64,000 nt of DNA, from positions 5,216,001-5,280,000 of the forward strand of contig OZ242195.1 of assembly GCA_965205975.1 (NCBI GenBank). Direction: 5' to 3'. The translations under genes and the position numbers were made by a program. The stretch comes from Candidatus Latescibacterota bacterium. Its GTDB lineage: Bacteria > Latescibacterota > UBA2968. Below the pieces are notes generated by a model that saw only the letters and a list, made by a program, of their open reading frames with translations, ran no database searches and was not told the origin of the DNA. Below are positions 56,822 to 64,000 of this stretch, in pieces (the first letter of the stretch is position 1; every line of letters begins with the position of its first letter).

Positions 56822-57917
56822 TCAGACGGCGGACGACTTCGGCGGGGTCGTCAGTGAGGGCGAGGAGGTCCATCTGTCGTTGTGCCCAGGTGGGTTTGTG
56901 AGCCATGTCGAGGACGTGTTTGAGATAGGGTACGCAATTGAGCTGTTCGGCCATGGGGAGCAGTTTTTCGACGAGTTCCTCGGTTATTTGCGGGACGGAT
57001 TTGAGGTTGTGAGAGGTGGAATCGACCAGTTGTGCATCGATGCCGTACCGCGAGGCGTGCCACTTGTTTTGACGGATGAGCATGGGGTGGCTGTCGTGTT
57101 GATAGATTCCCCGGTCAATTTCGTCGGACAGGTTGCAAATTAAACACTGTATGAGTGCGACCAATCCCAATGTGTCTTGGAGAGATCCGGGAATATCGCA
57201 AATGCGGACTTCAACGGTGCCAAATGCGTGGTGGGGGCGCACGTCCCACCAGATTTCTCGGATGGATTCGATATAGCCGGTGTCGATGAGGTGGTTGATG
57301 AGCCAGACGTATTCGCTCCAGTTGCGCATTAAGGGGGGCAGCCCAGCGGTAGGGAGGCCCTCCATTATTTTTGATCGCCACGAGTGCAAGCCCGTGACCC
57401 GACCCTCCCAGAATGGGCTGTTGCAAGAAAGCGCCAACAAGACGGGCAAATAGCGCAGTATTCGGTCGCAGATCATGATGGCTTTGTCGCCGCTGTTGAC
57501 GCCTACGTGTACGTGGAGGCCAAATGTGACCAGTTGTCGGGCGGTGTCCTGGAGAAGGTTGACGAGGCCCATATATCGGTCATTGGGGGTGATTTTTTGT
57601 TCGCGCCAGGTGGAAAATGGGTGTGTGCCCGACCAGTAGAGTTGGACATTCTCGGCGGCCGCTACGCTGGATAGCGTCTGGAGTTTGGGCTTGAGGTCGG
57701 CTTCTACATGGCTGACACTTTTGCATATATCGGTGTTGATTTCGACATAACACTGCATTAGTTCGGGCTTGATTTTGTCGGCATATTCGCCGGGAATGCG
57801 ATTGAGTATCGCGGCGTTTTTGCTGCACAAAGCCATGGTGTTGGCATCGACCAGAGCCAGTTCTATTTCCACGCCGAGGGTGGGTTGAGTACTGGGATTA
57901 AATTCAAGTCGGGTCAT
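56802..57917 (-). CDS. ybdK: Carboxylate-amine ligase, YbdK/GCS2 family
   Basis: 'TLGVEIEL', 'GTHPF', 'GLHVHVG', 'NSPF', 'WWDVRP', 'TVEVRICD'. Confidence 0.88.
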   Translation of the reverse strand: MTRLEFNPSTQPTLGVEIELALVDANTMALCSKNAAILNRIPGEYADKIKPELMQCYVEINTDICKSVSHVEADLKPKLQTLSSVAAAENVQLYWSGTHPFSTWREQKITPNDRYMGLVNLLQDTARQLVTFGLHVHVGVNSGDKAIMICDRILRYLPVLLALSCNSPFWEGRVTGLHSWRSKIMEGLPTAGLPPLMRNWSEYVWLINHLIDTGYIESIREIWWDVRPHHAFGTVEVRICDIPGSLQDTLGLVALIQCLICNLSDEIDRGIYQHDSHPMLIRQNKWHASRYGIDAQLVDSTSHNLKSVPQITEELVEKLLPMAEQLNCVPYLKHVLDMAHKPTWAQRQMDLLALTDDPAEVVRRLINNSSH

Positions 57918-59124
57918 GGCTGTCTCCGTTCTTTTTTCGCGATGGATCGAAATAGTTGACGACGCTGCGCGCGAGTATTTTGGCACCTATGACCAGGGCG
58001 CATTCATCAATGTCAAAGTCGGGTGCATGCAAGGGCGGGGCACTTCCCCGGGTGGGCATGCATCCCAGGCGAAACAGACTGCCGGGCACATGGTCGAGAT
58101 AATTGGCAAAGTCTTCGCCCCCCATGCTCGGTTTGGCAATGGTCTGAACATGTGTTTGGCCCAATAAATCGATGGCATTTTGGCGGATCAGTTCGGTTAG
58201 CCCGGGATCGTTATTGACCGATGAGGGGCCGGTGAGAAAGCGGACATCAATTTGCGTGTCGGTGAGATTGGCCATGCCATTGGCTATTTTGAGAATGTGG
58301 TCCATGGCATGGGCTTGAGAACTGCCACTGAGGGTGCGAAGGGTGCCTCGAAGCAGGGCCTGGCCGGGTATGACGTTGGGATTTTCGCCTGCAGAGATAT
58401 GCCCAATTGATATGACAATCGGTTCGTAGGTATCTACATTGCGCGGCAATGATTGATAGAGCGCAGTGATGACCTGAGCAGCAGCGATGATGGGGTCTCG
58501 CGTTTCCCGGGGGCGCGCGGCATGTCCGCCCCGGCCCTGGATGCAAACTTCTATTTCGGCACAATTGGCTGTGAGTACGCCCTGGCGTGTGCCCACAGTA
58601 CCTGTTGGACGCGAGGGGTCGAGGTGAAGACTGAGCAGGCCACAGACGTTTTTGAGGGCACCAAAGGCGATCATGTCCTTGGCACCGCGATTGGTTTCTT
58701 CCGCAGGTTGAAAGATGGCGCGCCAGTGGACAGGCCACGGCAATACCTGGTCGCATTCCAGAAGGCCCAGGACAGCACCGAGCACGGTGGCTGTATGACC
58801 ATCGTGTCCGCAGGCGTGCATCACGCCGGGTACGCGACTGCGGTAGGGCGCGTTTTTGGCATCTTGTATGAGTAGCGCGTCGATATCGGCTCGCAGGCCT
58901 ATACGCGTGTTTTCCGATGTATTGTCGGCTATAACGCCACAGCCTCTGGGTCCCGTCTGTACATGGCATTCGGTTTGTTGTAACAATTTGACGAGATAGC
59001 GCGTGGTTTCCACTTCGCGACCGCTGGGTTCGGGATACATGTGCAGATCGCGGCGGACGCGTACAATTTTTTTGCGTTGTGCGTCAATGGCACGGTCGAG
59101 TTTTTGTGTCCAGGTATTGGGCAT
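57904..59124 (-). CDS. M20D amidohydrolase
   Basis: 'RRDLHMYPE', 'RADIDAL', 'MHACGHDGH', 'FQPAEE', 'GGHAARP', 'GEDF'. Confidence 0.9.
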   Translation of the reverse strand: MPNTWTQKLDRAIDAQRKKIVRVRRDLHMYPEPSGREVETTRYLVKLLQQTECHVQTGPRGCGVIADNTSENTRIGLRADIDALLIQDAKNAPYRSRVPGVMHACGHDGHTATVLGAVLGLLECDQVLPWPVHWRAIFQPAEETNRGAKDMIAFGALKNVCGLLSLHLDPSRPTGTVGTRQGVLTANCAEIEVCIQGRGGHAARPRETRDPIIAAAQVITALYQSLPRNVDTYEPIVISIGHISAGENPNVIPGQALLRGTLRTLSGSSQAHAMDHILKIANGMANLTDTQIDVRFLTGPSSVNNDPGLTELIRQNAIDLLGQTHVQTIAKPSMGGEDFANYLDHVPGSLFRLGCMPTRGSAPPLHAPDFDIDECALVIGAKILARSVVNYFDPSRKKNGDSHDPT

Positions 59125-59291
59125 ATTTCTAAAAATACTGATAATTTTTTTTTTGCGCTATAAATTGTTTTAAGTGGTTCGCATGCTCCTGCAATACCTG
59201 TTTTCTCTTGACTTCCTGTCGTGTATGATTGAAATTAGGTCGTCATTTTTGTAGTAATAGATAACCGAAAATTATTTCTAAGGAGCGTGTT

Positions 59292-59525
59292 ATGTGGCGA
59301 CGACAAGAAACAAATCGCGATTTTTTTTGGATTGGAGTCGTAGTTGGCCTTGCTGCCATTGGCCTCGCCGTTGTGGGATTTTTGTTGGGAACGGAAATGG
59401 GACGAAATACGCGCACGAGATTGGGACAGACCGTTCAGCGCGTGCGTAGCCGTATCAATGGTTCGGCAGAATCCAATGGTTCAACAGAATCTCAGGAATC
59501 ACCCGCTGAAGAATATATAGATTGA
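59292..59525 (+). CDS. Small single-TM protein (YtxH-like architecture)
   Basis: AAGGAG SD; Gly-rich TM then 'GRNTRTRL'. Confidence 0.7.
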   Translation: MWRRQETNRDFFWIGVVVGLAAIGLAVVGFLLGTEMGRNTRTRLGQTVQRVRSRINGSAESNGSTESQESPAEEYID

Positions 59526-59586
59526 AAAAAATCCCGGGTGTGTTTCTGGATTGAACTACCCGAGTGGTTAACCGATAAGAGGTGAG

Positions 59587-59630
59587 ACGCAAGAAGTAAA
59601 ACGCGAGGGCGTTTTACTTCTTGCGTTTTT
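59587..59630 (+). terminator. Intrinsic terminator
   Basis: ACGCAAGAAGTAAAACGC-GAGG-GCGTTTTACTTCTTGCGT-TTTT (perfect 18-bp stem). Confidence 0.75.
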
Positions 59631-59637
59631 ATATGTG

Positions 59638-60123
59638 ATGAATTTGCTTTATAAACCCGATGGATATCCCATTTATGTCGTTGTGGAAAATGTTCGTTCA
59701 CTGTTTAATGTGGGCGCGATTTTTCGCTCGGCAGATGGGGTTAATGCGTCGGGGGTTTATTTGACGGGATTTACGGGATGTCCCCCGCGCAAGGAGATCA
59801 GTCGCGTGGCGTTGGGCGCAGAAGAGACGGTGCCCTGGTATTATGAACGGGATACGGCAAAGCTGATCGGCGATTTGCGCTCGCAAGGTGTACAGGTGGT
59901 TGCATTAGAGCAAACGCCAGATAGTGTCGATTTTCGAACTTTTTGCTATCGCTGGCCGGTGGCTGTGATTTTGGGCCATGAAGTGACGGGTGTGCGTCCC
60001 GAGACACTGTGTTTGTGCGATAGCGTTGTTCACATTCCGATGTTGGGAACAAAAGTGTCTCTAAATGTGTCTGTAGCTACAGGGGTTATGCTTTATGAAT
60101 TGTTGTCCGTTTTTGAGAAGTAG
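59638..60123 (+). CDS. SpoU/TrmH family RNA methyltransferase
   Basis: 'NVGAIFRSAD', 'LGHEVTG', 'IPMLGTKVSLNVSVA'. Confidence 0.9.
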   Translation: MNLLYKPDGYPIYVVVENVRSLFNVGAIFRSADGVNASGVYLTGFTGCPPRKEISRVALGAEETVPWYYERDTAKLIGDLRSQGVQVVALEQTPDSVDFRTFCYRWPVAVILGHEVTGVRPETLCLCDSVVHIPMLGTKVSLNVSVATGVMLYELLSVFEK

Positions 60124-60220
60124 CCAGTTACCCAGCCCCACTGTCCCCCAAGGCAGGGTTGGGTGGATGAGACTGACAACCGATAACTGACAACTGATAG
60201 CTGAGAAAGGACGTATCCCG

Positions 60221-61423
60221 ATGAGTTTACGCTTTTGCGCTGTGCTTTGTATGCTTATGGTCTTGAACGGGGAGGGTCTGCGGGCTGAAACGAACGTGTT
60301 TTGGGTGGCTAATGGTCCTATGGCATCGGATTTTGATGGCGATGGCGAGGTGACGTTTTCCGATTTTTTGCATTTTATCAATAATTTTAATGTGAATTCA
60401 GAGGATGAGAGCTATGACCCTCGCACGGATTTGAATGAGGACGGGGTCACGAATTTTAACGATTTTTTGGCATTTAATTCTTCTTATGGTCAAACAGAGA
60501 CCTCTGATGAACCGAGCGGAGATCGATATATTATTTATGTGGCGGATGTAGATGATAGTTCGGTTATGGCACTGGATTCTGATTCACACCTGATACTTGA
60601 TTATATGCCCTACCGCGGTCCGGGTGGGGTGATAGTATCTGAGGATCAGCAGTCGATTTATGTGACGGAGGTATTTGGGTTTTTCAAGATGGATACGCGC
60701 CATGAGGTGGAGTTTAGCGTGCCTGTTGAATCTCGGGGTAAAGCGGTGCTGAGCCTGGATCAGACGCGGGCTTATGTGGCTGATCAGGTACAGGACCTGG
60801 TTCGGGTGGTGGATGTGGTGAATGGCGTTACCACAGATTCTATCCTGGTGGGAAATCGGCCAATTGACGTCGCGCTCTCGCCCGATGGCACAAAGTTGTA
60901 TGTGGCAAATCAAACAGATCGAAATGTGGTCGTTGTCGATTTGGCAACGATGACGGTTACGGCGAGGATAGTTATTGGTGATATTCCGTTAGAGATTTCA
61001 ATTACGCAGGATGGCGCGCGCGCTTATGTAACAAATTGGAGTCGCGGTGTGATTTCTGTTTTGGATCTCAATACCAATCAGGTAGTGGGTGCGCTTCAGA
61101 TTGATCAGGAGGGTTCGTTTGGCGCAGAGTTTTCGCCCGATAGAAAATTATTATACGTGAGCGCGCAGGGCGTGTTATTGGAAATTGATGTAGAGCACAA
61201 TTTGATTGTTCGCACATTGCGATTGGGGAATGATTCGACGGTACTCGGGGTTTCGCCCGATGGCTCTCGGGCTTATGTTGCAACGCTTGTGCAACAGGCT
61301 GGGGGACCGGGACTTACAGTGGTGGATTTGGATGAGTGGAGGATTCTCGGACGGATACGGGGGTTCTTTTTCCCGAGGCAGATCGCGTTTCGGACTGTGC
61401 CGAGGATGACGGGATCTCAGTGA
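60221..61423 (+). CDS. Secreted YVTN/YncE-type beta-propeller protein with N-terminal paired EF-hand module
   Basis: Signal peptide; 'DFDGDGEVTFSDFL...DLNEDGVTNFNDFL'; 'SPDGTKLYVAN', 'AYVTN'. Confidence 0.85.
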   Translation: MSLRFCAVLCMLMVLNGEGLRAETNVFWVANGPMASDFDGDGEVTFSDFLHFINNFNVNSEDESYDPRTDLNEDGVTNFNDFLAFNSSYGQTETSDEPSGDRYIIYVADVDDSSVMALDSDSHLILDYMPYRGPGGVIVSEDQQSIYVTEVFGFFKMDTRHEVEFSVPVESRGKAVLSLDQTRAYVADQVQDLVRVVDVVNGVTTDSILVGNRPIDVALSPDGTKLYVANQTDRNVVVVDLATMTVTARIVIGDIPLEISITQDGARAYVTNWSRGVISVLDLNTNQVVGALQIDQEGSFGAEFSPDRKLLYVSAQGVLLEIDVEHNLIVRTLRLGNDSTVLGVSPDGSRAYVATLVQQAGGPGLTVVDLDEWRILGRIRGFFFPRQIAFRTVPRMTGSQ

Positions 61424-61454
61424 GGTGAGGGTATGATTTGATGTATAAAAGGAT

Positions 61455-61481
61455 AAAAAGCGACCTTAATGGTCGCTTTTT
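61455..61481. terminator. Bidirectional intrinsic terminator between convergent genes
   Basis: AAAAAGCGACC-TTAAT-GGTCGCTTTTT. Confidence 0.78.
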
Positions 61482-62182
61482 TATTTTTCGATATTTTCCG
61501 CAAACAGGTCGAGACATTCTGCCATGAGGATATTGATGCGTTCAAATTCGTGTTGATTTTTGAGTATTTCGTGGGCGGGCTGAATATAGGGCGCATCGAC
61601 GATTTCGTGCCCACAGTTATCAATCAATGCCTGGGCAGCGTCGGGCGTTGTTTCCAGGTGGAATTGCAATGCGAGGATCTGATTGCCTACCGAGAATGCC
61701 TGATTTTTGCAGGCAGGGCTTTTGGCGAGATGAGTCGCGCCAGTGGGGAGGTCATAAGTATCGCCATGCCAGTGAAAAACTTCGCCAGCATTGGAGAGTA
61801 CCTTTTCTATTGAACCGCTGGGCACCGCTCGCACGCCTTCAATGGAAAACCAGCCGATTTCTTTGTGGTTATTGGGATAGACTCTGGCTCCGAGTACTTC
61901 GGCGATGAGTTGGGCGCCCAGGCAGACGCCCAGTATCTGTGTACCGGAATTGATCGCCTGTTTCAAAAATGCTTTCTCTTGTATGAGCCATGGGTGGTCG
62001 CGTTCGTCATAGACGCCCATGGGGCCGCCCATGACGACGAGTAGATCAATTTCATCGGCTGAAGGCAATGCCTCGTCGGTAAAGAGGCGCGTACGAGAAA
62101 TTTGAATGCGACGCGCTTTTGCCCAGGATGCAATGCTGCCGAGGCCCTCGAATGGCACATGCTGGAGATAGTGTAATTTCAT
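61481..62182 (-). CDS. Type 1 glutamine amidotransferase (GMP-synthase-like, stand-alone)
   Basis: 'QHVPFEGLG', 'MGGPMG', 'GVCLGAQL', 'HWHGD', 'QFHLE'. Confidence 0.9.
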   Translation of the reverse strand: MKLHYLQHVPFEGLGSIASWAKARRIQISRTRLFTDEALPSADEIDLLVVMGGPMGVYDERDHPWLIQEKAFLKQAINSGTQILGVCLGAQLIAEVLGARVYPNNHKEIGWFSIEGVRAVPSGSIEKVLSNAGEVFHWHGDTYDLPTGATHLAKSPACKNQAFSVGNQILALQFHLETTPDAAQALIDNCGHEIVDAPYIQPAHEILKNQHEFERINILMAECLDLFAENIEK

Positions 62183-62186
62183 GATT

Positions 62187-63185
62187 TTAAGCAATGTCAA
62201 CGGGTTGTTGCGTTCTGATGGACTCGTAGATGGCGTCCATTGTTTTCATATTGCCAATGCTGTTTTCGGGCGGGATGCGGTGCGGTTGCCCGGTTTCGAG
62301 GCAATCGCACAGATGGTGGAGTTGGTTCAGGAATTGAAAGACGGGTTCAAATTCATGGGTTTCAACGCCATCGCGGGTGTGAACTTCAAGGGTCGTGGGC
62401 TGGTTTTCGTTGTTCCAGGCGCGTTCTGTTCGCAACATGCCATCGGTGCCCGAGATTTCAAAATATTGTGAGGAGGCCATTTTGAAGCTAAAGGTGAGCT
62501 GTGCGGTGACATGATTGGGAAATTCGTAGATGGCGATAATTGTTTCATCCACTTCTCGACCAAATTCTCCCGTGGCATAGACGCGGGTGGGATCGGCGTT
62601 GGCAATAAAGCGGGCATGATGGGTATTGTAACACCCCAGATCATAGACTGCACCTCCGCCTTTTTCTTTGTTGAAACGCCAGTTGAGTTCGGGTTTTCGG
62701 CGGTCGTCTGAAACGCCCGTGCAAAAGGTGCTGCGAATATTGCTCAGGAGTCCGATTTGTCCGCTGTCGAGAATTTCTTTGGTTTTTAGATGTACGGGGT
62801 GATGGCGAAATTTGAAGGCTTCGGCGAGGAGGATATTGTTGGCTTTGGCGCAGGCGACCATTTCCCGGCATTCTGCAGCGGTTTGTGTGATGGGTTTTTC
62901 ACAGAGGATGGCGCGGACTTTTTGCGATTTTGCAATTTGATTGCTCAGGCTGGCGTGATAGCGGCCCCAGGTGCAGATGATGGCGATGTCGAGGTTTTCA
63001 TTGTCGAGCATCAGGTCGAGATCGGTATAACCTTTGCGGATGTCAAATTCGCCGCGATATCTCTCAACTGCTTCGGGCAAGACATCGCAGACTGCAACGA
63101 TTTCTGCGCGGTCAGATTGTGTAGCCGCCCGGCCATGAGCGCGCGAGATACCGCCAGCACCGACAATTCCAATGCGATAAGACAT
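62187..63185 (-). CDS. Gfo/Idh/MocA family oxidoreductase
   Basis: 'IGIVGAGG', 'LCEKP', 'GGGAVYDLGCY'; CAGGAG SD before ATG 63185. Confidence 0.88.
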   Translation of the reverse strand: MSYRIGIVGAGGISRAHGRAATQSDRAEIVAVCDVLPEAVERYRGEFDIRKGYTDLDLMLDNENLDIAIICTWGRYHASLSNQIAKSQKVRAILCEKPITQTAAECREMVACAKANNILLAEAFKFRHHPVHLKTKEILDSGQIGLLSNIRSTFCTGVSDDRRKPELNWRFNKEKGGGAVYDLGCYNTHHARFIANADPTRVYATGEFGREVDETIIAIYEFPNHVTAQLTFSFKMASSQYFEISGTDGMLRTERAWNNENQPTTLEVHTRDGVETHEFEPVFQFLNQLHHLCDCLETGQPHRIPPENSIGNMKTMDAIYESIRTQQPVDIA

Positions 63186-63207
63186 GTAAAACTCCTGAAA
63201 AAGATTC

Positions 63208-63822
63208 TCAGCCCAATGCATCCAATATATGTCGCGCAACAGATTCAGCCAGTTCAGCAGAGCCTTCTTTTGAAAAATGTACATTGGCGGGGAGTTGTAT
63301 ATCGTCAAGGCGTTCCATAGCATAGGTATAGAGGTCATGTGTGGGAATGCCGTGTGCAGCCATGACTTTTTGTGCGATGGCGTTGTATTCAACTTCGTCG
63401 CCGGGTTTGCGGATGGACGCGCCTTCGGGAACCGGTGTGGTGGCGCACCAGATCAGTTTGGCACCGGTTTGTGCGAGGCGTTTAACCAGGGTGTCGAGGT
63501 TTTGTTCGTATTGGTCGGCAGGCACTTGATGTTGGCCCTGTGGGGGATCGACGCGCTCACCCTGTTCTGTCATATAGACGATGTCGTGTAAGCCCCAGTT
63601 GAAGTGGATGACATCCCAGGAACCATCACCGAGCCAGTTTTCGATTTCTTCTGTGCCGCGCTTTGTCGGTCCGCAGTTGGTGAGCGGGCGGTGGAGATTG
63701 GCTTTGCCTTTGAGCAGTTCGCGCACGGGCACGGTATAGCCAATGGAGATGGAGTCCCCAATGATCAATACGCGAGGAAGGCCGGGGTCGTCTTCAATGG
63801 GTTCGAATGCTGGGTTATTCAT
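63208..63822 (-). CDS. SGNH/GDSL hydrolase family protein
   Basis: 'IIGDSIS', 'FNWGLHD', 'NVHF'. Confidence 0.85.
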   Translation of the reverse strand: MNNPAFEPIEDDPGLPRVLIIGDSISIGYTVPVRELLKGKANLHRPLTNCGPTKRGTEEIENWLGDGSWDVIHFNWGLHDIVYMTEQGERVDPPQGQHQVPADQYEQNLDTLVKRLAQTGAKLIWCATTPVPEGASIRKPGDEVEYNAIAQKVMAAHGIPTHDLYTYAMERLDDIQLPANVHFSKEGSAELAESVARHILDALG

Positions 63823-63844
63823 GTGGTTCTCCTTTTTATGGGTC

Positions 63845-64000
63845 TTATGCGTTGTGCCATGCGTCTTCCCAGGGTGTACCTTCGAGCGATTCTGCGGCGA
63901 TATCCTGGGGACCGCGTTTGAGCACTTGTTCTTTATATTTTTCGATGCTCAATTTGTCGGGCGATAAGGAGGTTTCTTTGCTGATGGCGCGGGTAAATGC
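63845..64000 (-). CDS. C-terminal fragment of a gene running off the window (unknown product)
   Basis: Open frame [11 protein letters not shown]...WEDAWHNA* co-oriented with the downstream operon. Confidence 0.55.
   Translation of the reverse strand, partial: AFTRAISKETSLSPDKLSIEKYKEQVLKRGPQDIAAESLEGTPWEDAWHNA

Noticed and set aside
60128..60205. Structured ncRNA or riboswitch upstream of the beta-propeller gene
   Set aside because: Only a simple hairpin plus CTGACAA/CTGATAG heptamer repeats; no riboswitch consensus recognised.

Overview
Bacterial chromosomal window of about 55 genes. The gene content (DUF6785-type membrane protein, two PhyH dioxygenases, heparinase-like, CehA/McbA and GHL10-like enzymes, and secreted WD40/LRR/beta-propeller proteins with a paired EF-hand 'DFDGDG..V.F.DFL.F' module) resembles marine or sponge-associated Latescibacterota/Gemmatimonadota-like genomes; this taxonomy is inference only. 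Highlights: (1) A tandem pair of CCA-ending tRNA-like genes on the minus strand (13528-13613 and 13416-13508). They fold as 8/4 allo-tRNA-type cloverleaves with a 6-bp D-stem, long variable arm, G3:U70 and G73, and show compensatory base changes, but have no canonical anticodon loop (4-nt and 12-nt loops). (2) A ~10 kb sigma54-driven phage-shock-like locus (pspA, small membrane proteins, ECF sigma, NfeD/flotillin) whose PspF-like activator carries a receiver domain and sits next to a soluble TPR histidine kinase. (3) An operon of ECF sigma, anti-sigma, secreted caspase/beta-barrel fusion and internalin-like LRR protein. (4) An AT-rich candidate defence islet (ABC-type ATPase plus nuclease-like partner; Schlafen/AlbA protein plus ParA-like ATPase). 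(5) Several REP/MITE-like intergenic repeats. All calls come from reading motifs by eye; no database search was run.
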